Part shown: piece after piece, positions 9,900 through 19,070 of the stretch
Layout of the letters: each line of letters begins with the position of its first letter
Position numbering within the stretch: the stretch's first letter is position 1
Made by a program: the position numbers and the translations under genes
Source of the DNA: an uncultured Ilumatobacteraceae bacterium
GTDB lineage: Bacteria; Actinomycetota; Acidimicrobiia; Acidimicrobiales; Ilumatobacteraceae
Assembly: GCA_964471865.1 (NCBI GenBank)
Contig: CAYYHU010000001.1
Location: forward strand, 76,921-140,920
Direction: 5' to 3'
DNA: 64,000 nucleotides
The notes under the pieces: generated by a model
The model's input: the letters and a program-made list of their open reading frames with translations, nothing else
What the model was told of the DNA's origin: nothing
Databases searched by the model: none

Positions 9900-11801
9900 G
9901 TGACCGACGTGGCTGAACGCACGGCATCCGCTCATGGGGGAGGGGACGCCGAGCCCAACGGAGCCGTCGTCATCCGATTCGCAGGCGATTCGGGAGATGG
10001 CATGCAGTTGACCGGGGGGAGGTTCACTGCGATCAGCGCTCAGATGGGTAACGACTTGGCGACGTTTCCCGATTTTCCCGCCGAGATCCGGGCGCCTGCG
10101 GGAACGGTCCACGGGGTGTCGAGTTTCCAGGTTCAGATCGCTGACCATGACATCACCACCCCAGGGGACGCGCCCAGCGTTCTCGTGGCGATGAACCCCG
10201 CCGCGTTGCGAGCCGATCTCCATCGCCTCGTGGCCGGGGGAACGGTGATCGTCAACACCGACACCTTCGACGAACGGGATCTCACCAAGGCCGGCTACCG
10301 GGACAATCCCCTCACCGATGGGACTCTCGATGGGTACCAGGTGCTCGAGGTTCCCATGACCTCACTCACCAAAGATGCGGTACTCCCTCTCGGGGTGAAG
10401 CCCCGAGACGCCGATCGCTCGAAGAACCTCTTCGCTCTCGGTCTGGTGTCGTGGATGTACAGCCGACCCCTCGAAGCGACCGAAGAATGGATCGACAAGC
10501 AGTTCGCCGGTAAGGACCTGGTCATCGCTGCGAACCGGACGGCATTGCGAGCCGGCTACAACTTCGGCGAAACCACCGAGGCCTTCGCCCGTCGCCGTAT
10601 CGCTGTCGAACCGGCGCATATGCCCCCCGGCGAGTACACCACGATAAGTGGCAACCTGGCCCTCGCGTGGGGTCTGGTCGCTGCGGGTCAACTGTCGCAT
10701 CTACCTGTCACATTGGGGTCCTATCCGATCACCCCGGCCTCCGACATCCTTCATGAGTTGTCCAAACACATGAACTTCGGGGTCCGCACGGTGCAGGCCG
10801 AAGACGAGATCGCTGCGATCGCGGTGGCTCTCGGCGCCGCCTTCGCCGGTCACCTCGCAGTCACCACCACCAGTGGTCCGGGGGTCGCGCTCAAGAGCGA
10901 GGCCCTCAGCTTGGCGATCTCGATCGAGTTGCCACTGCTGCTGGTGGACATCCAACGCGGCGGCCCCTCGACAGGACTTCCGACCAAGACCGAGGCGGCC
11001 GACCTCAACATCGCGATGTATGGCCGTCACGGTGAAGCCCCGGTTCCCATCGTGGCGACCCGAAGCCCTGCGGACTGTTTCGACGCTGCCATCGAGGCCG
11101 CCCGGATCGCGCTCACCTATCGGACTCCGGTGATCCTGCTCTCTGACGGCTACATCGCGAACGGATCCGAACCCTGGCGACTACCCGATGTGGATGCACT
11201 GGCGCCGATTCCGGTGACTTTCGCTGAGGACTTCAATCATGTCGACGAGGACGGAACCCCCCGGTTCCATCCGTACTCGAGAGATCCCGAGACTCTGGCG
11301 CGCCCCTGGGCGATCCCGGGAACCCCAGGCCTGATGCACCGCGTCGGGGGTCTCGAGAAGGCCGATGGCACCGGGAACATCTCCTATGACCCGGCCAACC
11401 ACGAAAAGATGGTCCACCTTCGTGATGCCAAGGTCGCGGGAATCGCCGCGAGCTACGGACCCACCGAGGTGGCAGGCGATCCCGACGCCGACGTGTGCGT
11501 TCTCGGCTGGGGTTCGACCTGGGCGGCGATCGACTCCGCGGTCCAGCGAGTGCGCCGACGCGGCGACCAGGTGGCATGGATCCATCTGCGCCACCTCAAT
11601 CCGTTACCCCAGGATCTCGGTGACCTGCTGCGGCGCTACCGCCGCGTGCTGGTCCCCGAGTTGAACCTCGGGCAGTTGTGCCGGATCGTGCGCGCCGAGT
11701 ACCTCGTGGACGCCCGCCCGGTCAGCAAAGTGCAGGGTCTGCCCTTCACCACCCAAGAACTCGACGACGTGATCACCGCTGCCCTCGAGGAGGTCCGCTG
11801 A
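9900..11801 (+). CDS. korA: 2-oxoglutarate:ferredoxin oxidoreductase subunit alpha
   Basis: VVIRFAGDSGDGMQLTG and GSYPITPASDILHEL. GTG at 9900 is preceded by GGGGGAGG 7 nt upstream. The ATG at 9840 is the alternative start. Confidence 0.9.
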   Translation: MTDVAERTASAHGGGDAEPNGAVVIRFAGDSGDGMQLTGGRFTAISAQMGNDLATFPDFPAEIRAPAGTVHGVSSFQVQIADHDITTPGDAPSVLVAMNPAALRADLHRLVAGGTVIVNTDTFDERDLTKAGYRDNPLTDGTLDGYQVLEVPMTSLTKDAVLPLGVKPRDADRSKNLFALGLVSWMYSRPLEATEEWIDKQFAGKDLVIAANRTALRAGYNFGETTEAFARRRIAVEPAHMPPGEYTTISGNLALAWGLVAAGQLSHLPVTLGSYPITPASDILHELSKHMNFGVRTVQAEDEIAAIAVALGAAFAGHLAVTTTSGPGVALKSEALSLAISIELPLLLVDIQRGGPSTGLPTKTEAADLNIAMYGRHGEAPVPIVATRSPADCFDAAIEAARIALTYRTPVILLSDGYIANGSEPWRLPDVDALAPIPVTFAEDFNHVDEDGTPRFHPYSRDPETLARPWAIPGTPGLMHRVGGLEKADGTGNISYDPANHEKMVHLRDAKVAGIAASYGPTEVAGDPDADVCVLGWGSTWAAIDSAVQRVRRRGDQVAWIHLRHLNPLPQDLGDLLRRYRRVLVPELNLGQLCRIVRAEYLVDARPVSKVQGLPFTTQELDDVITAALEEVR

Positions 11802-11802
11802 T

Positions 11803-12828
11803 ATGACCGACACCATCGTTCCTCTCACCACCAAGAAGGACTGGTCGAGCGATCAAGAAGTCCGGTGGTGCCCCGGATGCGGCGATTACGGCATCCTCCA
11901 AGCCGTCCAGCAACTCATGCCCGATCTCGGTGTGACCCCGGAGCGAACCGTGTTCGTCTCGGGGATCGGTTGCTCGAGTCGGTTCCCGTATTACATGAAC
12001 ACCTACGGGATCCACGGCATCCACGGCCGCGCCCCGGCCATTGCCACTGGAGTCGCCATCGCGCGTCCAGATCTCGATGTCTGGGTGATCACCGGTGACG
12101 GTGACGCCCTGTCGATCGGAGGCAACCACCTCTTGCACGCCCTGCGGCGCAACGTGAACCTGACGATTCTGTTGTTCAACAACCGGATCTACGGTCTCAC
12201 CAAGGGTCAGTACTCCCCGACATCGGAAAGCGGCAAGGTCACCAAGTCGACACCCACGGGTTCACTCGATCATCCGTTCAATCCGCTCGCCGTGGCGTTG
12301 GGTGCGGAAGCTTCTTTCGTGGCTCGAACTCACGATATGGACCGGCGCCACATGATGGAGATCTTCCGAGCCGCCCATGACCACCGAGGCGCGGCCTTCG
12401 TGGAGATCTACCAGAACTGCAACGTGTTCAATGACGGTGCTTTCGATGGAGTGACGAGCCGGTCCGCTCGTGAAGACATGCTCATCGATCTCCACCATGG
12501 CCAACCGATCCGCTTCGGCCCAGATGGATCACGGGGTGTGGTGATGAACCCCGACGGGGCTCTGGCCATCGTCGACGTCGCCGAGATCGGAGAGGACCGT
12601 CTCCTCGTCCACGATGCCCATCGCTCGGATCCAAGCCTGGCCTTCGCGCTGGCTCGGCTGAGCCATGACGATCACTCCCCGACCCCCTTTGGAGTGTTCC
12701 GGGCGGTGAACCGTCCTGACTACGGAGGCGATGTCGAACGGCGTCTCGTCGAGGTGGCCGAGCGCAAGGGGCCCGGCGACCTCGCGAGTCTCTTGCGCTC
12801 GCAGGGAACCTGGACGATCAGCGACTGA
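11803..12828 (+). CDS. korB: 2-oxoglutarate:ferredoxin oxidoreductase subunit beta
   Basis: RWCPGCGDYGILQAV, GIGCSSRFPYYM and the TPP motif VITGDGDALSIGGNHL. Starts 1 nt after the korA stop. Confidence 0.9.
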   Translation: MTDTIVPLTTKKDWSSDQEVRWCPGCGDYGILQAVQQLMPDLGVTPERTVFVSGIGCSSRFPYYMNTYGIHGIHGRAPAIATGVAIARPDLDVWVITGDGDALSIGGNHLLHALRRNVNLTILLFNNRIYGLTKGQYSPTSESGKVTKSTPTGSLDHPFNPLAVALGAEASFVARTHDMDRRHMMEIFRAAHDHRGAAFVEIYQNCNVFNDGAFDGVTSRSAREDMLIDLHHGQPIRFGPDGSRGVVMNPDGALAIVDVAEIGEDRLLVHDAHRSDPSLAFALARLSHDDHSPTPFGVFRAVNRPDYGGDVERRLVEVAERKGPGDLASLLRSQGTWTISD

Positions 12829-13342
12829 CCCGCGTCGTGCTCGCCCCTGCGGGCGAGTTCGCAAACATCGCCTCGGAGTCGAACCCGATCCGGGTGTCGG
12901 GGACGATCTCGATGACGACGCGCCCGGGAGTGTCGAGATGGTGGACGAAGGCCGCCTGTTTGTCCGGATCTCCAGGACGAACCCGAGCCGCCAACGCCGC
13001 ATACATCCAGGTCTTGACCTCATCGTCATCGTGGACGATCGCGGTGCCCTTGTAGGTCACGGCCTGGCTGATTCCGATGTTGGTTCCCCGCGAGGTCACG
13101 GCCACGGCGACTCGGGGACGAGCGAGAACCGCGGGGACGCGCTTGCGTTGCCGGGTGCACGTCACCCAGAACCGATCCCGGGCGTAGACGAAATTCATGA
13201 TCACCCCGACGGGATCGCCCGCCGAGGTGGTCCACATGAAACAACATTCGGTCTGGGTGTCGAGCAGCGTCGCTTCACGCTCGCCTGCGAGCGCAAAGGT
13301 CGAGACGTCCTCGTAGCTGTCGACGTACTCGGAGTCAGCCAT
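12818..13342 (-). CDS. pyridoxamine 5-phosphate oxidase-like (split-barrel flavin/deazaflavin-binding) family protein
   Basis: 174 aa. The pattern ECCFMWTTSAGDPVGVIMNFVYARDRFWV ... AVAVTSRGT is typical of PPOX-class split barrels. No catalytic assignment is possible. Confidence 0.55.
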   Translation of the reverse strand: MADSEYVDSYEDVSTFALAGEREATLLDTQTECCFMWTTSAGDPVGVIMNFVYARDRFWVTCTRQRKRVPAVLARPRVAVAVTSRGTNIGISQAVTYKGTAIVHDDDEVKTWMYAALAARVRPGDPDKQAAFVHHLDTPGRVVIEIVPDTRIGFDSEAMFANSPAGASTTRVSR

Positions 13343-13380
13343 CGTCGATCATGTGATGCCGGGCGTGATCGCGTGAGCGA

Positions 13381-14163
13381 TCAGTACGGCATCGTCCCGC
13401 CGTCGATGGGGAACATGCATCCGGTCATGTTGCGACCGGCCTCGGAGGCCAACAACACCGCAACCGCCGCGACCTCTTCGACGTAGTTGGGGCGCTTGAT
13501 CGCGGATTCCGATGCGAACATCTCGATCAGGGCGTCATAGTTCTCGAGACCCATCGCAATGGCGGAATCGGGGCCCGTAGCGCGCACGATGTCGGTTTCG
13601 ATGAGACCTGGCAACAAAGCATTGACCGTGATGCCGAGCGTGCCGACCTCATGGGCAGCCGCTTTCACGAGACCGTTGACTGCGTGCTTGGTCGCGGCGT
13701 AACCCGGGATTCCCGGTTTACCCAACTTGCCCTCCACCGAGGACGTCACCATGATGCGGCCCGTTCCGCGAGGAATCATGTGCTGCAGCGATCGGCGCAT
13801 GCCCCAGAACACGTGGTTCAGGTTCCAGTCGATCTCGAGGTTCCATTCCTCATCGGTCATCTGGAACACCGGAGCTGTGTTGAGGACTCCCCCCGAGTTC
13901 AGACAGCAGATGTCGAGCTGCCCGAAGTGCTCGATCGTGAAATCGATCAGGCCCTCGACATCGGCCTGCTTGGCGGCGTCACCTGCGAAGAAGACGACGT
14001 TGTCGCCTCCTCCCATCTCGGCGACACATTCCTGGCCTTTGGCGGCGTCACGTCCGTTGACGACCACCTTGGCACCTTCGGCGAGAAACGCGTCTGCCAT
14101 CGCTCGCCCGATGCTGCGAGTGCTGCCCGTGATACAGGCGACCTTGCCGTCCAACTTGCCCAT
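13381..14163 (-). CDS. SDR family oxidoreductase
   Basis: Start taken at MGKLDGKVACITGSTRSIGRAMA (ATG 14163-14161). Catalytic YAATKHAVNGL. C-terminus IDGGTMPY. Confidence 0.85.
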   Translation of the reverse strand: MGKLDGKVACITGSTRSIGRAMADAFLAEGAKVVVNGRDAAKGQECVAEMGGGDNVVFFAGDAAKQADVEGLIDFTIEHFGQLDICCLNSGGVLNTAPVFQMTDEEWNLEIDWNLNHVFWGMRRSLQHMIPRGTGRIMVTSSVEGKLGKPGIPGYAATKHAVNGLVKAAAHEVGTLGITVNALLPGLIETDIVRATGPDSAIAMGLENYDALIEMFASESAIKRPNYVEEVAAVAVLLASEAGRNMTGCMFPIDGGTMPY

Positions 14164-14216
14164 CGTGTTCCCCTTCGGTGGTGTCGTTCTGGGTGTGTCT
14201 CTGCGCAACCGCCCCG

Positions 14217-14996
14217 TCAGTAGGGAGCGGTTCCGCCATCGATCGAAAGAAGTGAACCGGTGATGCCGGCGCCGGCATCCGAAGCCAACAGGACCGCAAC
14301 CGCTGCGACGTCCTCGACGGTCATCAGTCGCTTGATCGCCGATTCCTGGGCGAACATGTCGAGCAGACCCTCATAGGTGATGCCCATCGCCTCGGCGGCG
14401 CTCGGGCCGTCGGCCATCATCACATCGGTCTCGATGGCCCCTGGGCACAGTGCGTTCACCGTGATCCCCATCGTGCCCACCTCCTGCGCGGCGGACTTGG
14501 TGAGTCCGTTGATCGCATGCTTGGAGGACACATACGTGGCGATGCCCGGCTTGCCGACCTTGCCTTCGAGTGAGGACACCGACATGAAGCGTCCCGACCC
14601 TTGGGGAATCATGTAGTGGAACGCCCGGCGCATCGTCCAGAAGGTGTGCCAGAAGTTCCACGTCAAGGCATCGCCCATCGCCTCATCGGTCAACTGGGCG
14701 ACCGGAGCGTGATTCGCAGCCCCACCGGCGTTGGCGACCACGATGTCGATACGACCGAAGTGCTCGACGGTGCCGTCGACGATGGCCTCGCACACCTCGC
14801 GCTCCATCACACTGCCGGTGATGATGTGGGCGTTGTCACCGGCGCCGATCTCGGCGAGTGACCGTTCGGCCTTGGCCCGGTCGCGACCGTTGATCACCAC
14901 TTTGGCGCCCTCGTCGAGGAATGCCTTGGCGATGCCCAACCCGATTCCCCGCGACCCGCCGGTGACGCAGGCAACCTTTCCTTCCAGGATCCCCAT
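14217..14996 (-). CDS. SDR family oxidoreductase (tandem paralog of 13381-14163)
   Basis: KVACVTGGSRGIGLGIA, YVSSKHAINGL and the C-terminus IDGGTAPY. Colinear similarity to the downstream SDR. Confidence 0.85.
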   Translation of the reverse strand: MGILEGKVACVTGGSRGIGLGIAKAFLDEGAKVVINGRDRAKAERSLAEIGAGDNAHIITGSVMEREVCEAIVDGTVEHFGRIDIVVANAGGAANHAPVAQLTDEAMGDALTWNFWHTFWTMRRAFHYMIPQGSGRFMSVSSLEGKVGKPGIATYVSSKHAINGLTKSAAQEVGTMGITVNALCPGAIETDVMMADGPSAAEAMGITYEGLLDMFAQESAIKRLMTVEDVAAVAVLLASDAGAGITGSLLSIDGGTAPY

Positions 14997-15103
14997 CGTG
15001 TGCTCCTTCGACTTGGACCGACGAACTTCGCAAAAACTAGTCCAGGACGTGCCCTAGGTCACCATCCGAAGGTCGCGCAGGGGTCACCGACCGCTACCGT
15101 GAT

Positions 15104-16012
15104 GTGATGCTTCGTCGGTTCTCTCTTCACCGCCTGGGCCTTCTCGCCGGGGCCATTGCCATGGTGGCCGTCGTGACGGGATGTTTCCGGGTGGACACCA
15201 CGATCGAGATCTCCGAGGACGGAACCGCTGATCTCGCGCTGACGTTCCTCGTCGATGTCGACACCGTCAACGAGTTCGCCACCGAACTGGGCGGCGAAGA
15301 GGCTGCTGATCAGTTGTCGGGTCTCACGGGCGAGGACCTGGTGCGTGAGCTTCTCGAGGGTGACGATCCATGTGAACTCAATCTGCCCGACACTCTCAAT
15401 GAACCCACGGTCAGCGAGGTCGAGGACGGCGCGTTCCGGGGAGTGCGCTGCACCATCACCGATGTCCCCCTGGCCGAACTCAACGACGATGAGGACCCCG
15501 AGACGTCCTTCAACATCACCCAGGACGCCCAAGGAACCCGCGTCGAGATCACCTTGGGTGAAGTCGACGAGTTGTTCGCCGGTGCCGATGAGGGACTGCC
15601 CCCCGGTTTCGACATGGCAATGGACCAGCTGCTGGATGTGCGGTTCGTGGTCAGCGCTCCGGGCGAGCTCGTCGAGCACAATGCCACCTCGACAGACGGG
15701 TCCCAGGCCACCTGGCGTCTCACCCCTGATGCCGAGTTCGCCCAGGGCGGTGTGGCGCGGATGACGGCTCGCTGGGAGGGAAGCGGCAGCGGAGGTTCGA
15801 GCGGGGGTTCCACCGGACTGATCGTGGTGATCATCGTGCTGGTGGTCGCAGCTGCGATCGGCGGTGGCCTCGTGCTGCGATCCCGGCGCTCTGGAGTGCC
15901 CGCCACCGAGATGCCCTCGGGCGCACCGACACCGCCGCCATCGGGCGGGTCGTCACCGCTTCCGCCGCCGCCTCCGCCCCCGCCGGGGTCTCAGTCCGAC
16001 GCCGGCGACTGA
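15104..16012 (+). CDS. LppM-like (DUF3153-type) lipoprotein with C-terminal TM anchor and poly-Pro tail
   Basis: Lipobox AIAMVAVVTGCFRVDT, acidic extracytoplasmic body, TM GLIVVIIVLVVAAAIGGGLVL and tail PLPPPPPPPPG. The family assignment is from overall architecture only. Confidence 0.55.
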   Translation: MMLRRFSLHRLGLLAGAIAMVAVVTGCFRVDTTIEISEDGTADLALTFLVDVDTVNEFATELGGEEAADQLSGLTGEDLVRELLEGDDPCELNLPDTLNEPTVSEVEDGAFRGVRCTITDVPLAELNDDEDPETSFNITQDAQGTRVEITLGEVDELFAGADEGLPPGFDMAMDQLLDVRFVVSAPGELVEHNATSTDGSQATWRLTPDAEFAQGGVARMTARWEGSGSGGSSGGSTGLIVVIIVLVVAAAIGGGLVLRSRRSGVPATEMPSGAPTPPPSGGSSPLPPPPPPPPGSQSDAGD

Positions 16013-16317
16013 GCTCGCATCCACATCGCAAGTCCGCCCCGAGGCAGTACGACGACGGGATAGCTCTCGTTCGAGTCGTCGCAACGAAGCGACCATGCGA
16101 ATCCGATGCGATCGCCCAGACAGGTCACGGGCCCGCCATCGGGAACGGGAAGTTCGAACTCTCCCCCGTCGTCGATGCGCACCGATGCCATGGGGATCTC
16201 GCGGGGTCGCTCACCAGTGATGGACAGAACCAAACGGACCGTCGCCCCCGGCGGGCCCGACCCCTCGAACGCATCCGCGCATTCGACCAAGGGCGACACG
16301 ATCTCGACGGTGCTCAT
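15991..16317 (-). CDS. hypothetical small beta-rich protein (108 aa), paralog of the upstream gene
   Basis: The start MSTVEIVSPL at 16317-16315 overlaps the upstream stop (ATGA). Shares the G-x-T-V-R-L ... F-A-W-S-L-R pattern with its neighbour. Confidence 0.45.
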   Translation of the reverse strand: MSTVEIVSPLVECADAFEGSGPPGATVRLVLSITGERPREIPMASVRIDDGGEFELPVPDGGPVTCLGDRIGFAWSLRCDDSNESYPVVVLPRGGLAMWMRAQSPASD

Positions 16318-16712
16318 CAGCCGACCTCGTACACGCGTGGACTCAGCACTGCCGCGACCGTCACGGCGATGACGGTGACAGGGGCATCGGGTCGTCGCAG
16401 GCTGAGGGCCCACGTCACTTTCGCTCCGTCGACATCGATGGTCGGTACGGCGTCCACAGGGATCGAGACCAGGACCTCGAGTTCATCGTCGACTCCTCCA
16501 GCGACGTCGAGTACCGGGAGATCGATCCTCGCTGTGACTCGTGACGCGTCATCGGCAGCGACTCGTTCGCAACGTTCGAGCCACGAAGCGCAGTGGTCTG
16601 GTGTCGTGCCAGCAGGCACCCACCACCGAACCCGCAGGGTCTCGCCGAGATTGACCGGACGATCGATCGGCCAATGCACCCGATCGCCGGGCACTCGCTT
16701 CAGTGGGCGCAC
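16317..16712 (-). CDS. hypothetical small beta-rich protein (131 aa)
   Basis: ORF with LGETLRVRWWVP ... AKVTWALSLRRPD. Translationally coupled to 15991-16317. Confidence 0.45.
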   Translation of the reverse strand: MRPLKRVPGDRVHWPIDRPVNLGETLRVRWWVPAGTTPDHCASWLERCERVAADDASRVTARIDLPVLDVAGGVDDELEVLVSIPVDAVPTIDVDGAKVTWALSLRRPDAPVTVIAVTVAAVLSPRVYEVG

Positions 16713-16850
16713 GTCGCCTCCACGACCAGCGACGCTACCGTAGCGGGGCGCGTCCTGAACCCAATCCGGCTCAGACGTGTGGCTCCATCCGACCGGCGTG
16801 ACGACATCGTGTGGTCACCTCCGGGCGAAACCTGACGTGAAGAGACCATC

Positions 16851-18056
16851 GTGAGCACTACCGATTTCCGATCTCTCCAAGCCCGAAACCGCCGCGCGAC
16901 CTGGGCTCTGGTCCTGGGATCGTTCCTGCTGCTCGCAATCGTGGCCTCGATCGTCGCGATCGTCGCGTTCGGAGGACTGTTCGCGGCGCTGATCGCCATC
17001 GTTCTCGCCGGGATCACCTCCTTCGTCTCGTATCGATCGAGCGACACCCTGGCGTTACGCGCCACGGGCGCCCGACCCGCCGATCCCGAAGAATTCCGCC
17101 AACTCCACAACGTCGTCGAGGAGATGGCGATCGCAGCCGGGGTCCCCAAACCGCGGGTCTATGTAGTGGATGATCCGGCCCCGAACGCGTTCGCGACGGG
17201 TCGAGACCCCGACAACGCCGCGATCGCAGCGACCACAGGACTGCTCGCCAAGATGGACCGCACCGAACTCACCGGGGTCATCGCCCATGAAATGGCCCAT
17301 GTTCGCAATCTCGACATCCGGGTCATGACGGTGGCCGTCGCCACCGCCGGGGCGATCGCGATCATCGCGGACCTGTTCTTTCGGCTTCTGCTGATCGGCG
17401 GTATGAACGGGGGACGCCGGCGGTCCTCGTCGAACCAGAGCGGAGGAGCCTTTGCGGTCCTGGCGATCGTCGGCTTCATCTTCGTGGTGGTGCTCGCCCC
17501 GCTCGCGGCAGCACTGCTCAAGTCTGCGGTGAGTCGATCTCGGGAACGTCTCGCCGATGCCACGGCTGTGGAACTCACCCGTTACCCCACCGGACTGCGC
17601 CGAGCCCTCGAAAAGCTTCATACCGACGTCACCGTCGTTCGTCGCACCTCGCATGCCACGTCCCATCTCTGGATCGAGTCGCCCGATGACACCGAAAAGG
17701 GTCATCGCGGCGCCCGGTTCAATGCGATGTTCGAGACCCATCCGCCGCTGACCGAACGCATCGATCTCCTGCGGCGCATGGAAGGCCTCGCCCCGAGCGA
17801 ACCGCCTGCGGCCACCCCGACGACAGCAACAGATGCTCCCGCGGGGCGCCGTGACGCCATGACATCGGCGGCCCATGCGACCCAACTCGGTTCCTGGACC
17901 GGAGCGCTCGCCGCGCCCAGTGCACCTCTCGACGCTCCCACCGGTCCCGCCGCGGCTCCCCCGGCGGGGTGGTACCCCGATCCGTCCTCGCCGCGTCGGG
18001 CCCGCTGGTGGGATGGCCACCACTGGACTGAGCACACCGCTCCTCGCGCCGCCTGA
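16851..18056 (+). CDS. htpX: M48 zinc metalloprotease HtpX homolog with C-terminal Pro/Ala-rich linker and DUF2510-like module
   Basis: VIAHEMAHVRNLD (HExxH), TM segments, and the C-terminal GWYPDPSSPRRARWWDGHHWTEH. GTG start. Confidence 0.85.
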   Translation: MSTTDFRSLQARNRRATWALVLGSFLLLAIVASIVAIVAFGGLFAALIAIVLAGITSFVSYRSSDTLALRATGARPADPEEFRQLHNVVEEMAIAAGVPKPRVYVVDDPAPNAFATGRDPDNAAIAATTGLLAKMDRTELTGVIAHEMAHVRNLDIRVMTVAVATAGAIAIIADLFFRLLLIGGMNGGRRRSSSNQSGGAFAVLAIVGFIFVVVLAPLAAALLKSAVSRSRERLADATAVELTRYPTGLRRALEKLHTDVTVVRRTSHATSHLWIESPDDTEKGHRGARFNAMFETHPPLTERIDLLRRMEGLAPSEPPAATPTTATDAPAGRRDAMTSAAHATQLGSWTGALAAPSAPLDAPTGPAAAPPAGWYPDPSSPRRARWWDGHHWTEHTAPRAA

Positions 18057-18121
18057 ACGCCGACGACGCCCGGTTCGCCTCGGCGCTCGGGATCGAGCGG
18101 GCCGGCGGCGGCTGGGGTACC

Positions 18122-18919
18122 GTGAGACGCATGTCACAAGCTGCTGTGGACGGGCTTCGCCGAGCGGTTGCGGCCACCACTGCGATCCTGGTCGATCTGA
18201 GCGAGAACGACTGGAGTCGCCCCTCGGGCTGTTCGGGATGGACGGTGCGCGATCTGGTCGCCCATATCGGTTCGAATTACAAAGAGACCGTCGACCCATC
18301 GCCGCCCCCGCCCGAACCGATTCTGCTGCCAGCGGAACGCATGATGGATCTTCTCGTGGACGCCCGGGCCGACTGGACCCACGAGCAGGTGCTCGAGGAG
18401 TACCTGCAGTACGCACCAGCCGCGATCGAGGTGCTGGCCTCGATGCAACAGGAGCCTCTCGCGTCGACGCGGATCCCTCTCGCGGATCTCGGGGAGTATC
18501 CGATGCATCAATTGGCGGATGCGTTCGCGTTCGACGGGTACTGCCATCTCCGCGTCGACCTCCTTGGCCCACTGGGACCCTTCACCCGGGATCTGGACGC
18601 ACCCACCGCTGCGGATCTCGGCCCGACGATCGGATGGATGTTGGCGGGACTCCCCCAGATGCAACCGGGACTCGTCAGCCATCTTCGAGCACCGATACGT
18701 CTCGAGATCACCGGACCCGGAGGCGGCAGTTGGGTTCTCGATCCTCGTGGTGACGAGATCCATGTCGTCGAGGACGGTGAGGCTGCAGCCGCGGTGACCA
18801 CCGACGGCCACGATTTCGTGATCTGGGGAACCTGTCGGCGCCCGTGGCGGGAACTCGCTACGGTCACGGGAGATAGGGCGGTGGCCGAGACGTTCCTCGA
18901 CGAGTTGAACATCATCTGA
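18122..18919 (+). CDS. maleylpyruvate isomerase-type mycothiol-dependent (DinB-fold, TIGR03083-like) family protein
   Basis: N-terminal WSRPSGCSGWTVRDLVAHIG pattern of MDMPI_N domains. The start could be GTG 18122 or ATG 18131. Confidence 0.65.
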   Translation: MRRMSQAAVDGLRRAVAATTAILVDLSENDWSRPSGCSGWTVRDLVAHIGSNYKETVDPSPPPPEPILLPAERMMDLLVDARADWTHEQVLEEYLQYAPAAIEVLASMQQEPLASTRIPLADLGEYPMHQLADAFAFDGYCHLRVDLLGPLGPFTRDLDAPTAADLGPTIGWMLAGLPQMQPGLVSHLRAPIRLEITGPGGGSWVLDPRGDEIHVVEDGEAAAAVTTDGHDFVIWGTCRRPWRELATVTGDRAVAETFLDELNII

Positions 18920-19070
18920 GCGCCGCCACGGCGCCTGCTCGACCCGAGCGAGGACGAACCGAACACGTACCGCCAGCAACGCCTGAATGGGCTCGCGCCT
19001 GCGACACCATGCCGTTCACGACCCGCCACTGCTGACACGCGACACTGATGACACGAGACGAGGAGCAACG

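Noticed and set aside
15915-16012. Poly-proline / (CCG)n-like tract at the end of the LppM-like gene as a DNA repeat element
   Set aside because: It is in frame and encodes a Pro-rich cytoplasmic tail after the TM anchor. This is low-complexity coding sequence rather than a separate repeat feature.
17055-18572. 505-aa ORF on the minus strand spanning htpX and the MDMPI-like gene
   Set aside because: Arg/Pro/Gly-rich low-complexity translation with no motifs, lying antisense to two genes that have clear family signatures. This is a typical stop-poor shadow frame of very GC-rich DNA.
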